A stretch of DNA of 64,000 nt from an uncultured Acidobacteriaceae bacterium. GTDB lineage: Bacteria; Acidobacteriota; Terriglobia; Terriglobales; Acidobacteriaceae. The notes below the pieces were generated by a model. It was not told the DNA's origin and did not search any database. It saw only the letters and a list, made by a program, of their open reading frames with translations. Positions 49,616-60,765 of this stretch are shown here, in pieces. The stretch is taken from contig CAVWXA010000002.1 in NCBI GenBank assembly GCA_963758785.1, positions 652,669 through 716,668 of the forward strand, written 5' to 3'. Position 1 is the stretch's first letter. Every line of letters starts with the position of its first letter. The position numbers were made by a program, and so were the translations under genes.

Positions 49616-50673
49616 TTTGAAGATTCCTCGCCAGCTGCATTGGCTGGCGAAGCGCCAGAGCCTAGAGCTTTCTCAACGCGCGATTCGAGGCGCTCGAGTC
49701 GTTTAGCGAGCTCGGGCAGGCGCTGAAAGATGGTGACCGCGCGGAGCCAGATGCGATTGTCGAAGCCGGGCGAGCCGGAGATCATTTTGCCGGGCGGGAC
49801 ATCGTGCGAGACGGCGGATTGCGCGGTGAGGATGACGCCGTCGCCGACGGTGCAATGGCCGGCGATGCCCACCTGACCGGCGAGAATGACGTTGTTGCCG
49901 ATGACCGAGGAGCCGGCGAGGCCGGTTTGCGCGCAGAGGAGCGTGTCGTTGCCGACGCGCGAGCCGTGGCCGACCTGGACGAGATTGTCGACCTTGGTGC
50001 CGTCGCCGATTTCGGTTGCGCCGACTGTGGCGCGGTCGATGGTGGCGTTGGCCTGCACATCGACGCGGCTGCCGATGCGGACGGGGCCGGATTGCGGGAT
50101 TTTTTCCCAGTGGCCCTGATCGTTTTTGGAGAAGCCGAAGCCGTCAGCGCCGATGATGACGCCGTTTTCGAGCGTGACGTGGTCGCCGAGGATGCAGTTT
50201 TCGCGGACGACGGCGTGCGCGTGCGCGAAGAAGTGGCTGCCTATTTGAACGCCGGGATAGAGCACGACGTGCGGCAGGAGAGTGGCGTGCGGGCCGAGGC
50301 GAACGTTGGGGCCGACGACGGCGTAGGCGCCGATGTGCGCGCCGGGGCCGATGTCCGCCGTGGGATCGATGACGGCGGTGGGATGAATGCCGGGCGGGTA
50401 AGCCGGCGGCTGATAGAAGAGGCCGAGCGCGCGCTAGAAGGCGTGATAGGGATTCTTGATGCGGAGAGTTGCGGCGGAGATTTCCTGGAACTCGGGCTCG
50501 ACGAGGACGGCGGCGGCGTGGGTGGTGCGGGCGAGAGCGGTGTAGCGGGGATTGGCGACGAAGGTGATTTCGGTGGGACCGGCTTCTTCAATGCCCTTGA
50601 CGCCGGTGATTTCGAGGTCTGCGTTGCCGCGGAGTTCCGCGCCCAAGCGGCTTGCCAATTCACCGAGCTTCAT
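49612..50673 (-). CDS. lpxD: UDP-3-O-(3-hydroxyacyl)glucosamine N-acyltransferase, internal in-frame TAG at 50434-50436
   Basis: ITFVANPRY, hexapeptide repeats, IGADGFGF, KIPQSG, IDRAT, KVDNLVQVGH. Confidence 0.95.
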
Positions 50674-50757
50674 TGAGGTGATTGTAAAGGAACGGGCGAG
50701 ATGGGCGTCCTGGCGAACCGGGAATCCCAGGAGTTCGATTTGGAGGTCTGCATCCCA

Positions 50758-50816
50758 AAATGCAGGTCCTTCGACTCCGTTGGGCCCGAATTCGGGCCCA
50801 ACTCGCTCAGGATGAC
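50758..50816 (+). repeat. Family A repeat
   Basis: Inner perfect palindrome GTTGGGCCCGAATTCGGGCCCAAC. Confidence 0.9.
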
Positions 50817-50852
50817 CGCAGTATTTTTTATTGCAAAAATTAGGGACAGATA

Positions 50853-52396
50853 CTAGTGTGCGGGCGGTGCGGGATCGGTGCCGGCAGGTGCGACGGAGAA
50901 TGGTGTGGACTGCTGCGGTGGGGCTTGCAGCGTGTGCGCGGCGGACTGAGCGGCGTGGAGGGTTGCGCCGGGAATAATGCCGAGGACGAGCGTGGCGGCA
51001 GCGGCGAGAAGAAGGGCTGCACCGACTGCGACGCCGACCTGGGGCCTGGGAGGCGCAGTGCGGGCGACCGGTTGTGGCCGTCGAGCGGGCGCTGCGCGGA
51101 GACGAGGGCGAGACGCAGGTAATAAGCCGCGGCCAATCCTGAGTTGAGCAGGCCGATGATGGCGAGAGCGATGGCGCCGCCGCCGACCGCAGCGGTGAAG
51201 GAGTAGAACTTGCCGAAGAATCCGCCGGTGAAGGGAATGCCGATGAGCGAGATGAGGAAGAAGATGAGCAGGCTGCCGAGGAGCGGCGAGCGGTAGACGA
51301 GGCCGCGGAAGTCGTCGATGAGGGAAAGATGTTCGTCGTATCCGGCGACGAGGGTGATGACGGCGAAGATGCCGACGTTCATGGCGGCGTAGGCGGCGAT
51401 GTAAAAGCTGGCGGCGGCGATGCCGATGGCTAGCCGGATACTGCCGGCGAAGGCGGCGAGCAGATAGCCGGCGTGGGCGATGGACGGAGTAGGCCAGCAT
51501 GCGCTTGACGTTCTGCTGGCGCAGGGCGGCGAGGTTGCCGACGGTCATGGAAAGGACGGCGACGACCCAGAGCAGCGGCGCCCAGAGCGAACGGAGATTG
51601 GGGAACATTTCATAGACGACGCGGAGCAGCAGGGCGAAGGCGGCGGCTTTGGGCGCGGTGGAGAGCAGGGCGACGACGGGCGAGGGCGCGCCTTCGTAGA
51701 CGTCGGGCGTCCAGACGTGGAAGGGCGCGGCGGAAACTTTGAAGAGAATGCCGACCAGCATGAGCGCCAGCGCGGCGAGAACGAGGGATTGATTTTGCGC
51801 GGTGGGCGCGAGGTGGGCGATCTCGTAAATCTGCGTGGTTCCGGTGGCGCCGAAGATGAGCGCGATGCCGTAGAGCAGGAATGCGGTGGCGAAGGAGCCG
51901 AGCAGGAAATATTTGATGGCGGCTTCAGGGCCGCGGCCGGTCTGCTTGCGGTAGCCGGCGAGGATGTAGGTGGAGATGGAGGAGATTTCGAGAGCGATGA
52001 AGACGACGAGCAGCTCGACTGCGCCGGTGAGCAGGCACATGCCGACAGCGCCAAAGACAATGAGCGCGTAGAACTCGCCCTGGTGATGGCTGTGTTCGGG
52101 CAGCGTGTCGAGCGAGAGCAGCAGGGCAACGAGAACAATGCCGCAGATGAGGACGTGGAAGAAGACGGTGAAGGCGCTGGTTTCGACGGTGGAGAAGAAG
52201 CCGGTTCCCTGAGGCAGACGAGAGCTGCCAGAGGCTGGCCCAGAGGGCGAGGGTGGTGCCGATGGCGGCAACCCAGCCGAGCGGGCGGCGCGGCCACGCG
52301 GGCGGGAGCGAGGCGTCGATGAGCATGACGGCGACGCCGGTGAGCGTGAGGATGACCTCGGGGAGGATGCGGTAGATGTCGGGAACTGGAGTTCAC
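50853..52396 (-). CDS. nuoN: NADH-quinone oxidoreductase subunit N (frameshifted)
   Basis: [48 protein letters not shown]. Confidence 0.94.
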
Positions 52397-54069
52397 CGCT
52401 GGGCCTCCGCGTGTGGCGGAGATGCTGGGCGGCCTGGCGTGCGAGAAAAGGCAAATGCAGGTCCTTCGACTGCGGCCGGCTGGCGTGGACGGCCTTCGCT
52501 CAGGATGACAGTGGGTGTGACGGATCCTTCGACTCCCTGCGCTGCGCTCCGGTCGCTCAGGATGACAGCCGGATTTTGAGTGTTCTGACTGGTAGCGGAT
52601 TTTAGTGGCGGGGGATGGACGCCGGTTTGGATGGTGTTGAGCCAGAGATTCGGCGCGAGGCCCATGACGAGCATGAGGACAACGAGCGGCGTGAGGACGG
52701 CGAGCTCGCCGAAGCGCAGATCGGCGGAGGGCTTTGAGGCGGCGAGCGCGCTTTCAGGTCCGTAGAAGAGGCGCTGCACGAGCCAGAGCATGTAGGCCGC
52801 GCCGAGAATCACGCCGAGCGCAGCGGCGACGGCCCAGCCGCGGCTGACTGCCGGCGAAGGTGCTCGAGAGGATGATGAACTCGCCGATGAAGCCGCTGAG
52901 CATGGGCAGGCCGATCATGGCCAGCGTGGCGATGACGAAGTAGGTGGCCGCGCGCGGCAGCTTGGCGGCGAGACCGCCGTAAGCAGTCGATGAGGCTGGT
53001 GGCGTAGCGAACTCGAGCGCGCCGAGAAGCAGGAAGAGCGCGCCGTCGACGACGCCGTGCGAGAGGATCTGGTAGACAGCGCCGGTCCAGCCAGTAACGG
53101 TGAGGCCGTAGATGGCGAGAACGATGAGGCTGAGATGGCTGAGTGCGGCGAAGGCCAGCAGCCGCCAGAAATCGCGCTGCACGAGAGCGAGACACGCGCC
53201 GTAGAGAATGCCGATGACGGCGAGCGCGATGAGCAGCGGAGCGATGGCGCGGGCCTGGGCAGGGAAGAGCCCGACATGGAAGCGCAGCATGGAGTAGAGG
53301 CCGAGTTTGCCGGCGACGACCATGGCGAGCGCGACGGGAGCTTCGTTGTAGGTGTCGGCGAGCCAGCCGTGCAGCGGGAAGACAGGGACTTTGACGGCGA
53401 AGGCGAAGAGGAAAGCGAGCGCAACCCAGAAGAGCGCTCCGGCGGGAAGAACGCCGGTGGCGGTTTGGTATTGCAGGTCGGTGAAGTTGAAGGTGTGCGG
53501 TGCGCGCGTAGAGCCACAGGATGGCGACGAGCAGCGGGGCCGAAGGAATGAAGGTGAAGAGGAAGAATTTGAGCGCGGCCTTCGGGCCGTCTTTGCGGCC
53601 GTACATGGCGATGAGGATGGCCATGGGCACGAGCGAAAGCTCCCAGAAGCCGTAGTAGAGCATGAGGTCGAGCGAGATGAAGACGCCGAACATGGCGGTC
53701 TGCTGGACGAGAAAGAGCGAGTAGAAGACTTTGCGGCGGGTCTGGATGGCGTTCCAACTGGCGACGACGCCGATGGGCGCGAGCAGGCCGGCGAGGACGA
53801 CGAGCCAGAGGCTGAGGCCGTCGACGCCGACGTGGTAGAAGATGGCGGGATTCTCGATCCAGGGAATGATTGCTTTCAAATTGGAAGCCGGGCTGGCCGG
53901 GGACGAAGTGCGCGGGAAGATGCAGCGTGAGGAGGAAAGTGACGAGCGTGGTGGCGAGCGCGATCCAGTTGGGGAGCTTGGCGCGGTCGGGCACGAGCGC
54001 GACGAGGATTGCGCCGGCCAGCGGGACCAGCAGGATGAGGGTGAGAATGGATTGGTCGAGACTGGTCAT
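52393..54069 (-). CDS. nuoM: NADH-quinone oxidoreductase subunit M (frameshifted; repeat-derived C-terminal extension)
   Basis: [49 protein letters not shown]. Confidence 0.94.
52453..52567 (+). repeat. Two tandem family A repeats inside the nuoM coding frame
   Basis: 52453-52510 and 52522-52567; read on the minus strand as [15 protein letters not shown] and [17 protein letters not shown]. Confidence 0.92.
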
Positions 54070-54073
54070 ATTC

Positions 54074-56062
54074 TCAATGCCCCACCGCGGTGATGAAGAT
54101 ATGCGTCGAAGTGGCGTAGGGGCTCCGGGACCCGACGACCAGCATGAAAGAGGAGGAGTGCGGCGCCAGCAGCCAGCCACGCCGCGTAGGAGCGCAGATT
54201 GCCGGATTGCCAGCGCTGAAGGATCATGCCGGTGAAGGTGGCCGATGCCGCCGAGCAGCCACGCGACTGCCGCCGAGAATTGCGGATCGACTACCCAGCC
54301 TAGGACGTATTTCGAAAAGGCGAGCAGCGGCTTGACGAATGACTGCGCCGTAGATTTCGTCGACGTAGTACTTGTTGGAGAGGAGCTTGTAGCCGGTGGG
54401 CATCGCGGCGGCGAGCTGTGCCGGGCGGTCTGTCTTGCGCCGGTAGTATTTGTCGGCGATGAGCCAGCCTTCGAGCGCGACCAGCAACGGCAACGAGGCT
54501 GAGGAAGAGTTCGAGGCGCGGCACTGCCGGAAGATGTGCCAGGGTGCAGGCCGACGGCGGGCGCGAGATAGGCAGCTGAAGCGCTCGATGCCGATCCAGC
54601 CGCCGCAGATGGAGAGCAGGCCGAGAATGACGAGCGGGACGAGCATGGACCAGGGGCTCTCATGCGGATGGGCGTCTGGCGTGCGCGACTCGCCGAAGAA
54701 CGTCATGTACCAGAGGCGGAACATGTAGAGCGATGTGAGCAGCGCCGTGACGAGGCCGACGAACCAGAGGATTTTGCCGAGGGTGCCCTGGAGAAATGCG
54801 GCGTAGAGGATGGCGTCTTTCGAAAAGAAGCCGGCGAAGGGCGGAAATGCCGGCGATGGCGAAGACGGCCACGGTCATGGTCCAGAAGGTGACGGGAAGT
54901 TTCTTGCGCAGGCCGCCCATCTTGCGCATGTCCTGCTCGCCGCCCAGGGCGTGAATGACGGAGCCCGCGGCGAGGAAGAGCAGCGCCTTGAAGAATGCGT
55001 GCGTGACGAGATGGAAGATGGCCGCCGAGTAGGCCGCCACGCCGCAGGCAAGAAACATGTAGCCGAGCTGCGAGATGGTGGAGTAGGCGAGCACGCGCTT
55101 GATGTCGTTCTGGACGAGGCCGATGGTGGCGGCGAAGAGGGCCGTGGCTGCGCCGACGATGGCGACAGTGCCGAGCGCGAAGGGCGAGCGGTCGAAGAGG
55201 AAATGCGTGCGGGCGATCATGTAGACGCCGGCGGTGACCATGGTGGCGGCGTGGATGAGCGCGGAGACGGGCGTGGGGCCTTCCATGGCGTCGGGCAGCC
55301 AGACGTAGAGCGGAAGCTGCGCGCTTTTGCCGGCAGCGCCGATCAGGAGGCAGAGGCAGATGACGGTGAGGACGCCGCCATGCCAGGGAGTGGCCATAGC
55401 GAGTTGGACGGCGATCTGCTGAAGCTGAAGCGTGCCGAAGTTGGCGAGGAGAGGAAGATGCCGATCAGGAAGCCGAAGTCGCCGATGCGGTTGACGATGA
55501 AGGCTTTTTTGCCGGCATCGGCGGCGGAGTTCTTCTGGAACCAGAAGCCGATGAGCAGATAGGATGCGAGGCCGACGCCCTCCCAGCCGACGAACATGAG
55601 CAGGACATTGCCGGCGAGGACCAGGACCGTCATGAAGAAGAGAAAGAGATTGAGGTAGCTGAAGTAGCGCGCGTAGCCTGGATCGCCGTGCATGTAGCCG
55701 ACGGAGTAAACGTGGATGAGGAAGCCGACGCCGGTGACGACGAGCAGCATGACGAGCGAAAGCTGATCGAGGACGAAGATGAAATCGACATGGAGAGGCC
55801 GAGGGCGAGCCAGGGATGAGGGAAGGTTTCCGCATAAGGCAAATGTGACCGCGGTGGCTGGGCCGCAGCCTGCGCACGTTGAGGCGGCGGAGATGGAGCT
55901 TGCGGCGAAGGCGGCCAGAACGAGGACGAGGGATCCAAGCGGAGCAAGCACGCCGATGGTGCTGACAAGCCACCGCGGCAGCCGAGAGCCGAGGATTCCG
56001 TTGAGCAGGAAGCCGGCGAAGGGCAACAGCGGAATCAGCCAGAGATGGAGGGACTCGTTCAT
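54074..56062 (-). CDS. nuoL: NADH-quinone oxidoreductase subunit L (frameshifted)
   Basis: [57 protein letters not shown]. Confidence 0.95.
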
Positions 56063-56380
56063 AGTTTCATCAGATCGATGCGGTCGACGGCCAGCGTAGC
56101 GCGGGCGCGGAAGACGGCAATGATGATGGCGAGGCCGACGGCAGCTTCAGCGGCGGCGACCATCATGACAAAAAAGACAAAGATCTGGCCTTTAACCGCG
56201 TGCCACTGGTAGGCGAAGGTGACAAAGGAGAGATTGACGGCGTTGAGCATGAGCTCAATGGACATGAAGACGGTGATGAGATTGCGCTTGATGAGGAATC
56301 CGATGACGCCGAGCGAAAAGAGCACAGCGCTCAAAAGCAGATACCAGGTGAGAGGAACGTCCTGCTGAAAGAAGGCTCAC
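56059..56380 (-). CDS. nuoK: NADH-quinone oxidoreductase subunit K
   Basis: [21 protein letters not shown]; 5' end obscured by an indel. Confidence 0.93.
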
Positions 56381-56909
56381 TTTTCGACCGTCCTTTCTGG
56401 CCGCCTTCGCGGTGCGCGATGGCGACCGCGCCGAGGATGGCGATGAGGATGAGCACCGACGTGACTTCAAACGGCAGAAGCAGCTCGTGGAAGAGGACCT
56501 GGCTGAGAACGACGAGATTGGACTGGTTGGGCGCGTTTGTGAGCCCCTCGCCGAGATGCGCAGAGCCGATGCCCTGGGCGCGAAGAATGACGGTGGCGAG
56601 AACAGCCAGGAGCGCGACGACGGCAGGAAATCCGACGGAGAGCGCGGCGCGGCTGCCCAGCGTGCGCTCTTCGCGGCCGGCATTGAGAAGCATGACGACG
56701 AAGGTGAAGAGGACCATGACAGCGCCGGCGTAAACGATGATTTGCGCGATGGCGAGGAACTCTGCGCCAAGCAAAAGGTAGAGCACGGCGAGCGAGGTCA
56801 TGACCACGATGAGCGAGAGGGCGCTGTTAATGGGATGGGTCTGCAACAGGAGGTTGACGGCTCCAGCGAGGCAAAATCCGGCAAAGAGGAAAAACAGGAT
56901 CAGGTGCAT
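56377..56909 (-). CDS. nuoJ: NADH-quinone oxidoreductase subunit J
   Basis: AEFLAIAQIIVYAGAVMVLF, LLPFE; true stop probably TGA near 56377. Confidence 0.93.
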
Positions 56910-57070
56910 ATTTTTCTACTGTTCGAGCTTGTGATGCATTCAGGCAGTTGGACAGGCGTTGTGAAAGCTGACTGACCCAGCGAATATTTTCGGAAAGTCC
57001 CTTCCGATTGTAAATGAGCACGGCAGCTCGTAAGGGTTGGCGATACTGCCCATGCGAGCGGAAAAGCAAC

Positions 57071-57118
57071 TGCAGATCCTTCGACTCGTCCGCTGCGGCG
57101 GACTCGCTCAGGATGACA
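57071..57118 (+). repeat. Family A repeat between nuoH and nuoJ
   Basis: GCAGATCCTTCGACT-GTCCGC/GCGGAC-CGCTCAGGATGACA. Confidence 0.9.
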
Positions 57119-57139
57119 GCGGCGGTTTGGAAACAGTTC

Positions 57140-58186
57140 TCATCGGTAAGCGAGCCAGAGGCTTGTTCCCACAATGTTGAGGATGGCGAGTGGGAGCAGG
57201 TATCGCCATCCGAAGGTCATTAACTGGTCATAGCGAAAGCGAGGTAAAGTTCCCCGCACCCAAACGTACAGACAGAGAAAAGCGAAGACCTTGATCACAA
57301 ACCAGAAGATGGGGAGAAACGAATTGACCACCGTGTTCTGGAGCGGCGGCATCAGGTCGCCGAGCGGGCTGGTCCAGCCGCCGAGAAAGAGGAGAGTGGC
57401 CACGCCGCCGACGTTGATCATGTTGCCGTACTCAGCCATGAAGAACATGGCGAATTTCATGGAGCTGTATTCGGTGTGATAGCCGCCGGTGAGCTCGCTT
57501 TCGGCTTCGGGCAGATCGAAGGGCGAGCGGTTGGTTTCGGCAAACGCGGCCATCAGGTAGATGAAGAAGGCGATGAATTGCAGGCCGCCGAAGATATTCC
57601 ACGTGACGACGCCGAGCGGGGCCTGCTGCTCGACGATGACACGGAGATTGAGCGAGCCAGCGCGCAGCACGACGCCGACGAGAGAAAGTCCGAGGGCCAG
57701 CTCGTAGCTGATCAACTGCGCCGAAGAGCGGAGCGAACCGAGCAGGGAATATTTATTGTTCGACGACCAGCCGGCAAGGGCGATGCCGTAGACACCAATT
57801 GAAGTGATGCCGAGGATGACGAGGAGGCCGATGTTGATGTTGGAGATTTCAAAAAGGTCGAAGCCGTGAGGGCCCATGCCGGGCGCACCGAAGGGAACGA
57901 CGGCAATGGAAATGAGCGCGCAGCCAAGAGAGATGATGGGCGCGAGAAGATAGACGGGGCGGTAGACGGCCGTTGGGATGATGTCTTCCTTGAGGAAGGA
58001 TTTGGCGCCGTCAACGAGCGGCTGCAAGAGGCCGAAGGGGCCGACGCGGCTGGGTCCCCAGCGATTTTGGATGCGGCCCACCAGCTTGCGTTCGAGGAGC
58101 ACGGTGTAGGCGATGCCCATGAGCATCACAACCGTGACCACGGCAACTTTGGCCAAGCTCCATAAAAAGAATTCAAGTAAGGTCAC
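57140..58186 (-). CDS. nuoH: NADH-quinone oxidoreductase subunit H
   Basis: ERKLVGRIQNRWGP, GLLQP, ETNRSPFDLPEAESEL, PRFRYDQLM. Confidence 0.97.
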   Translation of the reverse strand: MTLLEFFLWSLAKVAVVTVVMLMGIAYTVLLERKLVGRIQNRWGPSRVGPFGLLQPLVDGAKSFLKEDIIPTAVYRPVYLLAPIISLGCALISIAVVPFGAPGMGPHGFDLFEISNINIGLLVILGITSIGVYGIALAGWSSNNKYSLLGSLRSSAQLISYELALGLSLVGVVLRAGSLNLRVIVEQQAPLGVVTWNIFGGLQFIAFFIYLMAAFAETNRSPFDLPEAESELTGGYHTEYSSMKFAMFFMAEYGNMINVGGVATLLFLGGWTSPLGDLMPPLQNTVVNSFLPIFWFVIKVFAFLCLYVWVRGTLPRFRYDQLMTFGWRYLLPLAILNIVGTSLWLAYR

Positions 58187-58223
58187 GCGCGTTTAGCCTT
58201 CTTTGAAGAATCCGAAGTTGACT

Positions 58224-58289
58224 CAGGGGCTGAAGCCCCCGATTTATTTCTGGCCGTTTTCGGCACGACTCAAGTCGTGCCCTGACACT
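58224..58289 (+). repeat. Family D repeat
   Basis: CAGGGGCTGAAGCCCC...TTCGGCACGACTCAAGTCGTGCCCTGACAC; related to 41962-42030 and a remnant near 46659-46691. Confidence 0.8.
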
Positions 58290-58312
58290 TCTTGCGCATG
58301 CGGAGGCCGCGG

Positions 58313-60634
58313 TTAGTCCGCCGCGGATTTTGCGAGTTCGTGCGTCTGGTGTTGTTCAAGTTGCTTGAGCGCTGCGCTGTAGCGGCCCAGCGTTCCGGAG
58401 GTGAAGAGGGTATCGTGTGCGGGAACGACGAGATCGGCATCGGCCAGCGCAGAGACGGGAACGAATCCCGGTGAGGCTGACTCGGTGTGTACGTCGTTGC
58501 CTGCAAAAAGATTGACCCGGTCGAGTGTGTAGCCGGGGACGAGCCGCTCGATTTCATCGAGGGCGGCGAGCGGATCGAAGGGGCTGAGGCGCGGCTCCAG
58601 GCCGTTGGCTTCAAGCCAGACAGCGTGACGATCGGCTTCGCCCGATTGGGCGCCGCGGGATTGGCCGAGATCGGCGCTGGTGCCTGTGCGGCCGAAGGGA
58701 ACCAGAGATTTAATGCCGGCGCCCATGGCTTCAGCGATGCGCACAAGGATTTCGAAGTCGGGCTTGACGCCGGCGCGATCGGCGGCTTTGCGCACCATTT
58801 GAATATCGCCAAAGGTGTTGGTGACGGTGCCCGATTTTTCGTACAGGCTGGCGGCGGGAAGGACGACATCAGCGAGCGCCGCGGTTTCAGTGAGGAAGAG
58901 ATCCTCGACGACAAGGAATGTATTTTGCAGCGCGGCGGGGTTGAGTTTGGCGCGCGAAACCGGGTTGGCGCCGACGACGAGCAACGCGGCGAGCTGGCCA
59001 GTGGAGGCGGCTTCAAGCATTTGCGGCAGGGTTTTGCCGGGCGCGGCGGGCAGATTGGGATATTCAGAGAAAGCGCCCGGCGAAGTGACGGGTACATAGC
59101 CGGGGAGCAGATCGGGGAAGATGCCCATGTCGGCTGCGCCGCGCGAATTCGAGTGATCGCCAAGGCAGGCAAAACGGACGTTACCGCGCCCGATGCCCCA
59201 GGCGACGAGATCCTCGATTGCTTTGCCGCGAATTTCTTCTCCGAAGATGACGATGAGCGATTCTTCTTCGAGCAGGGCTTTGCTGAAATCGGTTTCGCCG
59301 GAACCGAGAGCAGTGGCGAGAGTTTTGTATTCCGCCGGCTTGAGCTCAAGGGTGGCTTTTGCCTGGCGCGCGAGCTTGATGGGCGCGGAGTTGGCGACGT
59401 AAAGGCGGGCGCGATTGAGGCGGACGCCAGTGCGAAGCAACCAGGCGAGGAGCGGGTGCTCGTCAGTGGGATTGCCGCCGATGAGCAGGATGGCGCAGGC
59501 AGAACCGATGTCGCGCAGGCTGGCAGTTTTGCCCGGGTGACCGGCGAGGGCGCGGGCGAAGGTTGCGTAGTCGGTGGTGCGCTCGTGATCGATGTTATTG
59601 GTGTGCAGAACCGTGCGCGCGAATTTCTGCAGCAGATAGTTTTCTTCGTTGGTGGTGCGATTGGAGCCGATGACGCCGATGGATTCGCCGCCGCGAGCGT
59701 CGCGAATCTCTTTGAGTTTGGATGCTGCGTGACGGAGTGCGTGTTCCCAGGTAGCGGGCTCGAGCTTGCCGGCGGAGTTGCGGACGAGCGGCTGGGTGAG
59801 CCGATCGGGGCTTTCAACGAAGTCGAAAGCGAAACGGCCCTTGGCGCAGAGGAAGTCGTTGTTGATGCCACTTTTGTCGCGGTTGTCGCCGCGAATAATT
59901 TGCGCGCCGTCGTTGGTGGAGCGGACGCCGAGCGTGACCTTACAGCCGTCGCCACAGTGCGTGCAGACAGTGGAGACGTGATTCATCTCCCAGGGGCGGG
60001 TTTTGTAGCGGTAGCTGCCGCTGGTGAGCGCGCCGACCGGGCAAACGTCAATGCACATGCCGCACTGCTCGCAGTCGAGCTGATTGCCGTCGTTGGGAGC
60101 GATGACGGAGTCTGCGCCGCGGTTCTGGATGCCGAGCGCCCACACGTCCATGCCCTCGCCGCACATGCGAATGCAGCGATAACAGAGGATGCAACGCGGG
60201 CGATCGTAGAAGACGGCGGGAGACCATTGCTGCTCGTCGCGGTGGTGCTTGGCCTCAGCATAGAGGCTCTCGCCGGCGCCGTATTTGAAAGTCATGTCCT
60301 GCAGTTCGCACTCGCCGCCGGCATCGCAGACGGGGCAGTCGAGCGGGTGATTGCCGAGAAGCAATTCGATCGTGGCTTTGCGCGCCTGTGCGATTTCGGG
60401 CGATTCGGTGATGAAAACCTGGCCTTCAGCGACGGTGGTAGTGCAGGCGGTTTGCAGCTTGGGGACTTTTTCCTGGCGGACGACGCACATGCGGCAAGCG
60501 GCCTGGAGCGAGAGACCGGGATAGTAGCAGAAGGCGGGGATTTCAATGCCAGCTTTGCGGCAAGCGTCAATGAGCAGCGTGCCGGCGGGGGCCGTCAGTT
60601 TTTTGCCATCGACTGTGAAGGTGACGTCAGGCAT
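58313..60634 (-). CDS. nuoG: NADH-quinone oxidoreductase subunit G
   Basis: IPAFCY, ACRMC, NHPLDCPVCDAGGEC, CILCYRC, CEQCGMCIDVCP, CTHCGDGC. Confidence 0.97.
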   Translation of the reverse strand: MPDVTFTVDGKKLTAPAGTLLIDACRKAGIEIPAFCYYPGLSLQAACRMCVVRQEKVPKLQTACTTTVAEGQVFITESPEIAQARKATIELLLGNHPLDCPVCDAGGECELQDMTFKYGAGESLYAEAKHHRDEQQWSPAVFYDRPRCILCYRCIRMCGEGMDVWALGIQNRGADSVIAPNDGNQLDCEQCGMCIDVCPVGALTSGSYRYKTRPWEMNHVSTVCTHCGDGCKVTLGVRSTNDGAQIIRGDNRDKSGINNDFLCAKGRFAFDFVESPDRLTQPLVRNSAGKLEPATWEHALRHAASKLKEIRDARGGESIGVIGSNRTTNEENYLLQKFARTVLHTNNIDHERTTDYATFARALAGHPGKTASLRDIGSACAILLIGGNPTDEHPLLAWLLRTGVRLNRARLYVANSAPIKLARQAKATLELKPAEYKTLATALGSGETDFSKALLEEESLIVIFGEEIRGKAIEDLVAWGIGRGNVRFACLGDHSNSRGAADMGIFPDLLPGYVPVTSPGAFSEYPNLPAAPGKTLPQMLEAASTGQLAALLVVGANPVSRAKLNPAALQNTFLVVEDLFLTETAALADVVLPAASLYEKSGTVTNTFGDIQMVRKAADRAGVKPDFEILVRIAEAMGAGIKSLVPFGRTGTSADLGQSRGAQSGEADRHAVWLEANGLEPRLSPFDPLAALDEIERLVPGYTLDRVNLFAGNDVHTESASPGFVPVSALADADLVVPAHDTLFTSGTLGRYSAALKQLEQHQTHELAKSAAD

Positions 60635-60700
60635 TTTTCTTTTTTACTATTTTCTCCAATCCCCAAGAGTGTTGTCGTTTTGTGCCGACTGATAAAGCAA

Positions 60701-60751
60701 CCGCAGATCCTTCGACTCGCTCCGCTGGCGCTGTGCTCGCTCAGGATGACA
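60701..60751 (+). repeat. Family A repeat between nuoF and nuoG
   Basis: CCGCAGATCCTTCGACT...CTCGCTCAGGATGACA. Confidence 0.88.
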
Positions 60752-60765
60752 GCGCATTATTTTCG

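Noticed and set aside
50434-50436. Genome-wide amber recoding (pyrrolysine or alternative code)
   Set aside because: Only one internal TAG seen, TAG terminates several conserved genes at expected positions, and no pyl genes are in the window.
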